DNA from: a virus
Virus record (IMG/VR): IMGVR_UViG_3300050821_012719
Coordinates: 1-60,935 of that record
Direction: 5' to 3' (one strand)
DNA: 60,935 nt
Below, piece by piece: positions 28,665 to 38,004 of this stretch. A program made the translations under genes and the position numbers. The first letter of the stretch is position 1, and every line of letters starts with the position of its first letter. A model generated the notes under the pieces. That model searched no databases. It was not told where the DNA came from and saw only the letters and a list, made by a program, of their open reading frames with translations.

Positions 28665-29168
28665 ATGGCACCTATCGCTCGTCCCGTTGAAGACCGTCTC
28701 TGGGAGAAGGTTGACCGTTCTGGCGGACCAGATGTCTGCTGGCCCTGGACTGCTGCGGTAGACAAGGATGGCTACGGCGTCTTTACCGATGGCAGTGGGA
28801 AGTACATCCATGCGCACCGTATGGTGTGGATCATCCTCTTCGGCTCTCTGAAGAGTGAGGAGAAGATCCTCCATCGTTGTGACAATCCTCCTTGCTGCAA
28901 TCCAGCGTGCCTCTTCAAAGGCACCGCTCTGGACAACATGCAGGACAAGATGAAGAAAGGCAGAGGATACTTTCCTGGGCCCTCTGTTTCAGCAAAAGGT
29001 GAGGCGCATGGTAACGCCTTGCTTACTGAGGAGCAGGTGAGAGAGATTCGATCTCAGTACGTGCCCAGAAAAGTCCCACTCCGAGTCTTCGCAGAGAGGT
29101 ACGGAGTCCAGATCAGCACTATCCACTACGCCCTCAAAGAGGGGTGGAGGCACGTCGGTGGCTATTGA
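28665..29168 (+). CDS. Free-standing HNH homing-type endonuclease
   Basis: CWPW....DGYG....AHR....LHRCDNPPCCNP..L..GT..DN. Confidence 0.9.
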   Translation: MAPIARPVEDRLWEKVDRSGGPDVCWPWTAAVDKDGYGVFTDGSGKYIHAHRMVWIILFGSLKSEEKILHRCDNPPCCNPACLFKGTALDNMQDKMKKGRGYFPGPSVSAKGEAHGNALLTEEQVREIRSQYVPRKVPLRVFAERYGVQISTIHYALKEGWRHVGGY

Positions 29169-29814
29169 TCTGCAATGTGTGTTCCCGCAAGAGATGGTGC
29201 GAATCGCTCAGGTGAGTGAGGTGCCAGGACTCTTCCCGAGGACGTTGAACATCATCGGCCAGGACTTCAGATCGGTGAATGAGGTGCTCATCAACGGCCT
29301 CCTCTCCCCAAACTTTGTCATCTTGGGACCTCAGCGATTGCTGGCTCAGGTGCCTTCGCAGATCCAGAATAACATCGTCTCGAGCGTGTCCGTTCTCTCG
29401 AACGTGTTGACGCTCACCGCCAAGAGCCTCATCAAGTTCCAGCTCGGCACGCGGACCCAGAAGGTCAGTGGTCTCCTCAGGCTCTGTCAGGTCTTCCTCA
29501 AGATCCTCTTCACGACTCCTGGTCGTGATATCTTCAGCCCGAACCTGGGAGGGGCCGGTCTGAAGAACATCGGCCGTTCCTTCTCGAAGGCAGAAGGTAG
29601 CGGAGTCGTCTCAGATCTCTACGTCGCCGTGAGCACGACGGTGAATCAGATCACCGCTCTCCAAGCGCGCAACACCCGTCTGCCTCGCGAGGAGAAGCTC
29701 CTCAGCGCCACGGTGACCTCGGCTCAGTTCAACACGCAGGAACTGGCCTTGATCGCTACCATCGAGCTACTGAGTCAGACCGGCCAGTTCGCGCTGGCGA
29801 ATCTCATGCTGTAG
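29158..29814 (+). CDS. Putative baseplate wedge protein (IPT-like + gp25-like)
   Basis: N-terminal Ig-like strand pattern; LKILFTTPG.D...P..G; adjacent to the baseplate J-like gene. Confidence 0.55.
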   Translation: MAIDLQCVFPQEMVRIAQVSEVPGLFPRTLNIIGQDFRSVNEVLINGLLSPNFVILGPQRLLAQVPSQIQNNIVSSVSVLSNVLTLTAKSLIKFQLGTRTQKVSGLLRLCQVFLKILFTTPGRDIFSPNLGGAGLKNIGRSFSKAEGSGVVSDLYVAVSTTVNQITALQARNTRLPREEKLLSATVTSAQFNTQELALIATIELLSQTGQFALANLML

Positions 29815-30009
29815 GAGAGGGTACATGCCGACACTGAAGCTCTCGCTGGGGGCCCGGGTGAGGGTCTCCGATCAGATGGACCAAGACATCATCTTCCTCC
29901 ACGAGGAGGAGGCTAAGGACATCTTCCTCACCGAGGAAGGGGCGAAGGAGCAAGACTCTGGACCTACCCTGCGAGCCTCCAGCGATTCCATCCCTGCCCA
30001 CACGGAGAG

Positions 30010-30795
30010 GTGATGAAGGCACTACTCTGCGGACTCTGCTTCGACATCCGAGCTCTCGATCCCAACAGCCAGTGGGTCGTATGTCGATGCGGTAACATGG
30101 CCGCCCGCTGGGAAGACCCCCTCTCGGGCAAGGTCCTCGTGCGTGCGAAGAACAAGGACCGCGCCCGCATGCTCGGCCTGAACAATCGCTTCCTCGAGCC
30201 AGGGGCTCTCGTCGAGGCCCACGAGGCCGATTGCTCCTTCTGGAAGAATCTCCACAGCGCGGCGACAAACGCGCCTGGCTTCCTCTTCGACCAGAAGTTC
30301 CGCGGCTGCTGGGCGGCCATCTACAGCGTGGGAGAGACCGGCGACACCCGCTGGGACCCCGGCGCCGAGGACACCCTCCCCCCTCCCTCGCTGGAGCCCA
30401 CGGAACGCCCTCCCCCCGCCTCAGAGCCCGTCCCTGCCCCTCCGACCGACTCCAGCCTCCATAAGCTCGCCACCGTCAAGGGAGGCGCCCCAGCGCCCGG
30501 ATACGAGCGCGCCGAGGCCCCCCAGCCCATCGACCCCGCCACGGGCCAGAACAAGGACCACTGGGTCCTCCCGGAGGAGGAACGAGCCAAGGGCTACATC
30601 CGACCGATACGTCGTGGCACGACGCATCAGAAGTGCGGAGCCACGACGTACATGCCCGTTGCCTGTGCAGAGACGTATGCTCGGGACCCGAAGTTCTACG
30701 CCAAGACGTTCTGCTGCACGTGCGTGGACTACTTCCCCGTTGGACCCCATGGGGAGTTCGTGTGGGAAGGGACAAACGAGAAGGTAGGCACCTGA
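30010..30795 (+). CDS. Two-domain Cys-rich hypothetical protein
   Basis: CGLC/CRCG N-domain; Pro linker; VLPEEERAKG.IRP...CG..T....ETYARDPKFY..TFC..C. Confidence 0.7.
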   Translation: MMKALLCGLCFDIRALDPNSQWVVCRCGNMAARWEDPLSGKVLVRAKNKDRARMLGLNNRFLEPGALVEAHEADCSFWKNLHSAATNAPGFLFDQKFRGCWAAIYSVGETGDTRWDPGAEDTLPPPSLEPTERPPPASEPVPAPPTDSSLHKLATVKGGAPAPGYERAEAPQPIDPATGQNKDHWVLPEEERAKGYIRPIRRGTTHQKCGATTYMPVACAETYARDPKFYAKTFCCTCVDYFPVGPHGEFVWEGTNEKVGT

Positions 30796-30796
30796 G

Positions 30797-33700
30797 ATGT
30801 CTCTGATCGATCTCCAGTCGTTCCTCCAGGAGAGGATTCAGGTCTTCGACGAGACCATCGATGTCGGTCCAGGCAGCGATGCGGATACGAAGATCGTGCA
30901 GCCTCTTCTGCGTCGTCTGGGGCCCGACCCGTTCGCGGTGGACGTTCGCGCGTTCATCATGGACCGTCTCAATCAGGAGTTCCCGGACTCTGCCACGAGC
31001 GACGGCGATGCGTTGACGGATCTCGTCATCAAGCCGGGTGAGCTCCTGCTCGACCCAGTCGTTCGGGAGAACTCGCGCGTCCGCAACAGCCTGTCCTTCC
31101 GGGACCCCTCTACGCTCACGCTCGACGAGGCCGACTCGCTCGGCGCGAACTTCTTCGTCCCACGTGAGCTCGGCAACTTCGCTGGTGGGACCGTTCGTAT
31201 CTACTTCTCGGCTCCGCAGGGGCAGAGCATCAACCCGTCGAACTACGTGACGAGTCGGTCGGGCCTGACCTTCTTCCCGACGGGTGTCCAGTCCATCAGC
31301 GTGGACGAGATGCTCTTCAACCTCGAGGGCAACCTCTACTTCTTCGACATCCTCGTCACGGCCGAAAAGGCAGGAGACCAGTACAACATCGATGCGAACG
31401 AGATCGTGAGCATCGCCGGCGTGAACTCCGCGGTGAAGGTCACCAACAAGGTGCGCTTCCGCAACGGTGTTCAGGCTGAAGATGCCCCGACCTACATAGG
31501 TCGAGTGCAGCAGTCGATCACCGAGCGCAGCTTGGTAACGAAGAGGGGCATCACCACTCAGCTCACCCAGGCGTTCCCGGAGATGACGCGCCTCAACGTG
31601 GTCGGCTTCAACGACCCGGAGATGCAGCGAGACATCATCGAGGGCAACGGCATCGGACCCATCGCTGCGGCGGGCATCTTCGGCTTCTCTCTGTCAGATG
31701 GGAGCAACAACGCGAACACGAGCCTCTTCAGCTACGACCACTCCTCTGGTCATGACGCTACGGTCGACTTCACCACGCTCATCGGGCCTCCTGGAGATCC
31801 AGTCGTGGGCTGGACGCTCACGATTCACGGAGCCTTCCTCGGAGCGCCTCCCGTACAGGACGTTCCCATCACGGCGGTCATCGACCAGTTCACCCTCCAG
31901 TTGAACGCTGAGCTCATCCCGCTCGGTCAGGCGAACATCATCTGGGAGCTGCGACACTCGGTGCTCACGCTCTCGAGCATTCCCGGAGGCATCCTCTTCC
32001 CCAACGGGCCGAACGGTACGGTCACGACGCCGGACGACGAGGTGCACATCGGCGGGTGCACGGACATTCACGTCCGAGGCACGGTGCTGGACCAGGGCTC
32101 ACTGACCGTCAACGTGCTGAGTGATGACGAGCCTCTGCTCAGTGGGTTCACGGCTTCGTGTACGGCTGGCATCATCTCGCTGAGCGATCTGATTCTCGGC
32201 ACCAACTACAACACCGGCGATGCCACCTTCGAGGCTCTCCAGAACGCCTACAACAACGCGGACCAGCTTCAGATCTTGTCCGGTGTCGGGGCGGGCGTGT
32301 ACCGCATCCTCTCGGTCACACAGGTCACGGGCTTCGCGCCGGCGGTGACGGTGCTTCCGACGCCGGTGAACTTCTCGGCCACCCGCTGGCGCCTGACCGA
32401 CAAGATCAATGTCGACCTGGTCGAGCCAAAGGAGACCTTCATCACCGGCACGGACCTGGAGACCATCCAGGGTGTCGAGACGGTCACCACAGCTTCTGCT
32501 GTAGACTTCCTGAGCTTTGGCGTGGCGGCGCAGGACACACTGCGTATCGAGAATGGGCCGGACGCTGGAGACTTCACGATCGTCCAGGTCACGCCGTTCC
32601 CGAACTACACGCAGCTCATCTTGAATCGACCCACGAAGTTCACCAAGTCGAACCTCAAGTACACCGTCTTCAGGTCAGCAACTTCTGGGACGGTCAATCG
32701 TCCGATGGTCCGGGTCACATCGGTGAACCTTCTGGATCAGAATGGGCAGCCTGTGGGGAGCAACATCCCCTATGCACAACCCATCGGCGCCTTCTCGACG
32801 GCCTTCTCCCATCCGTCGAAGGGGCTCAAGTTCGACATCGAGGACGCGCTCTGCGGAATCGTGGGCATCACGCTGACCGGGTCTCCTCCCGGCGCGAATG
32901 TAAACGGCAAGATCTTGGAGCTCAACATCCCTGACACCGGGGTGCCTCCGCAGATCGTCACCTTCTCTGGTGCGAACCCCATCCCTCTGAACGGTGCGGG
33001 TGGCATCATCGCGCAGATCAATGCGGTCTTCAACACGGCGGGCTACCCAGGCATCGTGGCAGTGGATGCAGGCAACCGGCTGGGCATCCTCGGCAACATT
33101 GGACAGAACATCGCGCAGGTCCTTGGTGGGACGGGCAGTCTCACGTCCGCACTTCCGGCTCTCTTCGGTGGCATGCTCTACATCGACAGCTCGATGGTCC
33201 GTGCGCCCGAGTTCACCGAGAACAACAACTTCTTCGTCGATCTGACGACAGTCATCGACGTCGACTACGACGTTCTTCAGATCTTGGATGGACCGAACTT
33301 CGGGTTCTACAACCTCTCGTTCGTGAGCCCGTATCCAGGCTTCACACCCGCCCCTCCAGCAGGACTCACGTACCCGAACTCGATGTCCGTGCAGACACGT
33401 TCGAGGCAGGGGGTTCTGTCGCCTGGCACGATGGCTCCGTCAGCGAACAACCACATCCAGTTCGGAGCCAGATCTATCGGACGCGCGAGGCTCTACTTCC
33501 TCGAGCCAACGACTGCGACCATCAGCTCCAGCTCGGGCTACGTGTCTGGGACGGGCTTCGTCTTCACGCCGTTGACTATCTTCAGCACCACGACCACCAA
33601 CGGCGCGACGCTCTACTACATCGGTGACCCGTTCGAGTCGGCGCAGCTCATTCCGGCATTGCCGAGCGGCATCAAGCCGACGGATGGCAGCTCCACTGCG

Positions 33701-34915
33701 CTCGGTACGACCTTCACCAGCAACTCGTCGGACTTCGTAGCGGATGACATTCGCAAGAACGACATCCTGACGATCGACTACATCCCCATCACGGGAAGCG
33801 TGACTCTGGCCGACCCGGTAGTGGGTCTGGCCTTCACGACGTTCATCTTCTCCATCGGCGGCAGCCCCGACATCACGCTCACCTTCAACAGGGATGTCCT
33901 CGCGCTACCCCCAACCAACGTCTCCCGTCAGGGAGTGGCAGACGAGATCAACGCCGCAGCCGGCGTGAGCATCGCCAGCATCAACAGCAGCAACAAGCTT
34001 CAGATCGTGTCGACAGCGGCCTTCATCATCCGCAAGACCGGAACCTCCAACTCGCTCCTGGGGTTCTCCACGGTCACCGACACGAACAACGCCGCCGCTC
34101 ACACGGGCATCTACACCGTCGTCTCCATCACCGACAGCCACAACCTCGTCGTGAGTCCTGCGTTCCCGAACGTGGCCGGCACGGAGATCAGCGAGCAGTT
34201 CACGATCGTCCGACCCCGCATCCAGCGTCTCGGTTCGACTGGGATGAACCAGAACGTGGGTCCGGCGGGTCTCTTCTTCATGGACGTGGAACTCGTCAGT
34301 GAGGGGACAGGGGACATCTACGACATCGACGCGGAAGCGCAGTTCGCTGTCACAGGCCTCATCGGTGATGGGTACTACCTGACGACGAGCGATTCGAACC
34401 TCACCTTCTCACCGGCCGAGGACATCGAGATCCACTTCTCGAAGACCATCAACGAGGTCGGAACTGATGACGCACTGTCCGATGCTACTTCTCTGCTCGG
34501 GCAGAACATTCAGATCAACTACGAGTTCTCCACGCTCACGTCGCAGATTCAGAACTTCGTCCTCTCCGACCAAGAGCGCGTCGTCAACGAGAGCCCTCTA
34601 GCAAGGCACCTCATCCCGTACTTCGTGCGATTCGACATGACCTACTCGGGCGGTCCCACGCCGGCGGATGTGGAGCCCACCATCGAGACGCTCATCCAAG
34701 CGCTCTTCCCGGACCAGCAGCTTCAGGTCTCGGACATCCAGGCCATCATCACAGTGCGGGGTGCGACGAGCATCACCAACCCTCTCACGCTCTTCGGGGT
34801 CGTCTACAACTTGGACCGGTCGGTCACGGTGGAGAAGTCGCAAGACCGACTCAACGTCGGAAGGCTCGCGGCCTTCATCCCGGACAACATCAACTTGATC
34901 CGCCAGCTCACCTAG
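30797..34915 (+). CDS. Large baseplate J-like protein (1372 aa)
   Basis: D.LGANFFVPR..G.FA.GTVRIYF; VTAEKAGDQYNI; G...ED...Y..R; long beta-rich insertion. Confidence 0.75.
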   Translation: MSLIDLQSFLQERIQVFDETIDVGPGSDADTKIVQPLLRRLGPDPFAVDVRAFIMDRLNQEFPDSATSDGDALTDLVIKPGELLLDPVVRENSRVRNSLSFRDPSTLTLDEADSLGANFFVPRELGNFAGGTVRIYFSAPQGQSINPSNYVTSRSGLTFFPTGVQSISVDEMLFNLEGNLYFFDILVTAEKAGDQYNIDANEIVSIAGVNSAVKVTNKVRFRNGVQAEDAPTYIGRVQQSITERSLVTKRGITTQLTQAFPEMTRLNVVGFNDPEMQRDIIEGNGIGPIAAAGIFGFSLSDGSNNANTSLFSYDHSSGHDATVDFTTLIGPPGDPVVGWTLTIHGAFLGAPPVQDVPITAVIDQFTLQLNAELIPLGQANIIWELRHSVLTLSSIPGGILFPNGPNGTVTTPDDEVHIGGCTDIHVRGTVLDQGSLTVNVLSDDEPLLSGFTASCTAGIISLSDLILGTNYNTGDATFEALQNAYNNADQLQILSGVGAGVYRILSVTQVTGFAPAVTVLPTPVNFSATRWRLTDKINVDLVEPKETFITGTDLETIQGVETVTTASAVDFLSFGVAAQDTLRIENGPDAGDFTIVQVTPFPNYTQLILNRPTKFTKSNLKYTVFRSATSGTVNRPMVRVTSVNLLDQNGQPVGSNIPYAQPIGAFSTAFSHPSKGLKFDIEDALCGIVGITLTGSPPGANVNGKILELNIPDTGVPPQIVTFSGANPIPLNGAGGIIAQINAVFNTAGYPGIVAVDAGNRLGILGNIGQNIAQVLGGTGSLTSALPALFGGMLYIDSSMVRAPEFTENNNFFVDLTTVIDVDYDVLQILDGPNFGFYNLSFVSPYPGFTPAPPAGLTYPNSMSVQTRSRQGVLSPGTMAPSANNHIQFGARSIGRARLYFLEPTTATISSSSGYVSGTGFVFTPLTIFSTTTTNGATLYYIGDPFESAQLIPALPSGIKPTDGSSTALGTTFTSNSSDFVADDIRKNDILTIDYIPITGSVTLADPVVGLAFTTFIFSIGGSPDITLTFNRDVLALPPTNVSRQGVADEINAAAGVSIASINSSNKLQIVSTAAFIIRKTGTSNSLLGFSTVTDTNNAAAHTGIYTVVSITDSHNLVVSPAFPNVAGTEISEQFTIVRPRIQRLGSTGMNQNVGPAGLFFMDVELVSEGTGDIYDIDAEAQFAVTGLIGDGYYLTTSDSNLTFSPAEDIEIHFSKTINEVGTDDALSDATSLLGQNIQINYEFSTLTSQIQNFVLSDQERVVNESPLARHLIPYFVRFDMTYSGGPTPADVEPTIETLIQALFPDQQLQVSDIQAIITVRGATSITNPLTLFGVVYNLDRSVTVEKSQDRLNVGRLAAFIPDNINLIRQLT

Positions 34916-35247
34916 TCTTCGTCCCCGCCGCCGACGTAAGGGGTCAACGATGCGCCGACACGAGCAGGAATGTTCCCCAAGTTCCCCATCGTGAGGATGA
35001 GCCCCGAATGAGGATCGAAGATGCAGTCGCAGAGAGTGCACTTCAGACCCGACCGTGGGACTGCACTATCTCCACCGAATGCATGCTCGGCACTGAGGTA
35101 CTCCCTCTGGCAGGGACCTTGGCACCTCGGGCACCGGAACTGGCGGTAGAACGCGTCGAGCCCTTTCTGTTCGGGTTCGAGCTCGTTCTCATACCCCTCG
35201 AGCATCTTCAACGCGATCTCGGGGTCCATCTCTCGGAACATGGACAT
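34912..35247 (-). CDS. Small Zn-ribbon protein
   Basis: CPRC...CTLC; AGGAAG-containing gap upstream; antisense within the structural module. Confidence 0.6.
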   Translation of the reverse strand: MSMFREMDPEIALKMLEGYENELEPEQKGLDAFYRQFRCPRCQGPCQREYLSAEHAFGGDSAVPRSGLKCTLCDCIFDPHSGLILTMGNLGNIPARVGASLTPYVGGGDED

Positions 35248-35286
35248 GCAGGAAGTGTACGCGTAAGCTCAGCCTCGAGGTAGTCC

Positions 35287-36054
35287 ATGACGGCGCCGTC
35301 CTTCAAGATTGACCAATCCACCGGTGCAGGTTCGGGGACCATCGGGCTGGCGCGCAAAGATCTCTGGGTCAACCAGGCCTGCACGCTGACATGCACGAAT
35401 CCTCCTGCGGGAGCCTCTTTTCTCTGGGAGGTGCTCTACGCCCCTCCGGGTTCGACGGCGACCATCATCAACCCCAACAGCGTCTCTGCCACGTTCACTC
35501 CGGACAAGCTGACGCAGAGCTTCAGGATGAAGCTCACGATCAATGCAGGCGGTCCCGGGAACGTCTTCATCTTCATCATCGCCTGCACTGCTACCTCCAC
35601 TGGAGCTCCCGCCAACCGAACCTGGAGAACGCCGGCGGTCAACGAGCAAGACACCGAGGGCAACTTCCTCGGGAACACCAATGGGTATGCTCCGGACTAC
35701 GACCAGATCATCTTCGACCTCCTGCTGAATGCCTTCAGCGGCGGCGCAGGTTGGGTTCGAAAGAACGCCAACTACACCGGGCAGAAGGGCGACGGCGTCA
35801 TCCTCGCAGACACCACGGGAAGTACGTGGACCTACACGTTCGATTCCACACCTACGGATGGGCAAGAAGCCACCCTCAAGAGCAGGGGCTGGGGAGTCAA
35901 TCCTCTGATCATACAAGCCAGTCCAGGTCAAGAGCTCGAAGATCCCTACAATCTCGACAACTACACAGGCGCTGGGGGGTCTAAGTCGATCTCCACACCT
36001 GGAAGCCTGACCTTCAAGTGGGGTCAGACGGAGGGCATATGGTTCGTCATCTAG
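35287..36054 (+). CDS. Virion structural protein with a PKD-like N-terminus
   Basis: FLWEVLYAPPGSTATI; Thr/Gly-rich. Confidence 0.65.
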   Translation: MTAPSFKIDQSTGAGSGTIGLARKDLWVNQACTLTCTNPPAGASFLWEVLYAPPGSTATIINPNSVSATFTPDKLTQSFRMKLTINAGGPGNVFIFIIACTATSTGAPANRTWRTPAVNEQDTEGNFLGNTNGYAPDYDQIIFDLLLNAFSGGAGWVRKNANYTGQKGDGVILADTTGSTWTYTFDSTPTDGQEATLKSRGWGVNPLIIQASPGQELEDPYNLDNYTGAGGSKSISTPGSLTFKWGQTEGIWFVI

Positions 36055-36854
36055 CGCTGTGGGTGTTCTGCTTCCTCCTGGCCGTGGGATGCCAGTCGAC
36101 CGAGAAGCCGATGGGATCGATCATCATCCCGACCTCTTGTGGGAATGGTTTGTTCTTGGGAGGCACCGGCACCGGTAGTCCCATCACGTGCCAGTCTCCT
36201 GGAGTCAGGAACGGGGCCAATCCGGCCGATCTGCCTCTCTTCTCCCCCGTTACGGTGACGGAGCTAGTCAACGCGAACGGCGACAACCTGAACGGCGCAG
36301 GTCACTTCTACGGCTGCAACCGAGGCGGTACGCCCTGTGGGAACACGCATGGCGTCGGCTTCTGGGTGGTCGAGAATGGCCATCAAGCTCTGGGAGTGCG
36401 CTTCTGGTGGCAAGGCGATGCCACCTGGGAGACGCAGACGCACGTCCGCTGCCGCCTCTGGGACTTCCGTAGCCCAGGGACTTCCGTGGCAACTGGGACC
36501 ATGCTCGTCAACATGTCGCAGGAGTACAGTTGCATGTTCGGTACGCCCTACACCATGACCGCAGGCCGCCCCTACGCGGTGAGCATCGTCGACATCGGAC
36601 CCTGTCAACCTGTTGGGCCGTGCGTTCTGGGTGCGACGCAGATGAACAGCACGGGTGTCGACTACGCGTGCGGCAACATGTACGCGAACAACTCTCCGGT
36701 CTGGGGATCGCCATGGCTCGAGTTCTCGAATGTCGAGACGGGAGTCACAGGCGAGCACTACTTCTGGGCAGGGCTCGAGAGCAGTGGGGTCGGTGACTTC
36801 TTCCCCCAAGGTACCGATTCAGCCTGCTCCCCCCAAGAGCCCATCGTCCAGTGA
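36039..36854 (+). CDS. Lipoprotein-signal, Cys-rich beta protein (DUF4082-like)
   Basis: MVRHLALWVFCFLLAVG-C; LGVRFW...LW...VATGT...F.TP..MTAG..Y.VS. Confidence 0.55.
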   Translation: MVRHLALWVFCFLLAVGCQSTEKPMGSIIIPTSCGNGLFLGGTGTGSPITCQSPGVRNGANPADLPLFSPVTVTELVNANGDNLNGAGHFYGCNRGGTPCGNTHGVGFWVVENGHQALGVRFWWQGDATWETQTHVRCRLWDFRSPGTSVATGTMLVNMSQEYSCMFGTPYTMTAGRPYAVSIVDIGPCQPVGPCVLGATQMNSTGVDYACGNMYANNSPVWGSPWLEFSNVETGVTGEHYFWAGLESSGVGDFFPQGTDSACSPQEPIVQ

Positions 36855-36872
36855 TCTGAAGGAGGCCGCGTC

Positions 36873-38000
36873 GTGACTGAGCAACTCGTCAACTACATCC
36901 CACTGACGCTGGCTTCTCCCGCTCTGTCGTCGGATGCCACTCTCACTCTCTCCGCAGGGGCAAGCGGGTTGCCTTCAACAGGCACCTTCAGTCTCTTGCT
37001 CGATCAAGAGTTGGTGACGGTCACTTCGAGATCTGGCGTAGTCGTAACCGTGACACGTGGAGAAGGGGGAACCACTCCAGCAGGGCACAGTTCCGGCGTA
37101 GTGGTTCTTCCTACAGTCACTGCCAGAGCACTCGCCCAGCTCAAGGCAGACATCTTGGCGGGTTCCGGGACAGTGTTCGGAGTGAACGGTCTGAGGCCGA
37201 CGCTGACGACTGGAACCCCGATCACCACAGCGGATGTCATTGGTGCGAGCACGTTGTTCGTGACCCCGATGTTCAGCAATCAGATCGCTCTGTACACAGG
37301 CGGTGCATGGTCTGTTCTCTCGACGCCGGAGATCTCTCTCGCTCTTACGATTACCAACGGCAAGAACTACGACTACTTCGCCTACAACAACTCCGGTACG
37401 GTGACCCTCGAGCAGTCAGCGGCATGGGCTACAGATACAACGCGTACGGATGCTCTTGCTCAGCAGGACGGCGTCTGGGTCAAGGCGGCAGATCATACGA
37501 GGAGGTTCCTTGGAACTCTTCGAGCTACCGGTACGAACACGACCGAAGACAGCGTCCTGAATCGTCTCCTCTACAGCTTCTACAACCAGCAGCCTCGCAA
37601 GCTTCTCGTTCAAGATTCGACCACTTCGTGGTCCTATGCGACAGAGGCGTGGCGCCAGGCTCGTGGCAACGGGGCCAATCAGTGGACGTACGTCACAGGC
37701 ATGCCTTGGGAGATGCTCTGGGCTGAGGTCATCGCCTGCGAGTCGAATAGCAGCAGCGCGCACAACATGAGCGTCGGTGTTGGTGTCGATTCGACAACGG
37801 TGAACAGTGCCGATCTGTATGGAAGCGGTGGTCAGACAGCGGCTGGTCTCCCGACCAAGGCCACCTACTCGGGCACGCCGGGGATCGGGTTCCACACCAT
37901 CGCGTGGTTGGAGTGGGGAAGCACGGGTGGTCAGTTCTACGGCAACGTGAACTCTCTGGGTTCGCAGATCGCTGGTATGAGCGGAAGAGTGATGGCGTGA
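36873..38000 (+). CDS. Tail fibre/structural protein
   Basis: Thr/Ser/Gly-rich; ELV.VT...TVTRG..GT.PA.H. Confidence 0.65.
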   Translation: MTEQLVNYIPLTLASPALSSDATLTLSAGASGLPSTGTFSLLLDQELVTVTSRSGVVVTVTRGEGGTTPAGHSSGVVVLPTVTARALAQLKADILAGSGTVFGVNGLRPTLTTGTPITTADVIGASTLFVTPMFSNQIALYTGGAWSVLSTPEISLALTITNGKNYDYFAYNNSGTVTLEQSAAWATDTTRTDALAQQDGVWVKAADHTRRFLGTLRATGTNTTEDSVLNRLLYSFYNQQPRKLLVQDSTTSWSYATEAWRQARGNGANQWTYVTGMPWEMLWAEVIACESNSSSAHNMSVGVGVDSTTVNSADLYGSGGQTAAGLPTKATYSGTPGIGFHTIAWLEWGSTGGQFYGNVNSLGSQIAGMSGRVMA

Positions 38001-38004
38001 TTCC

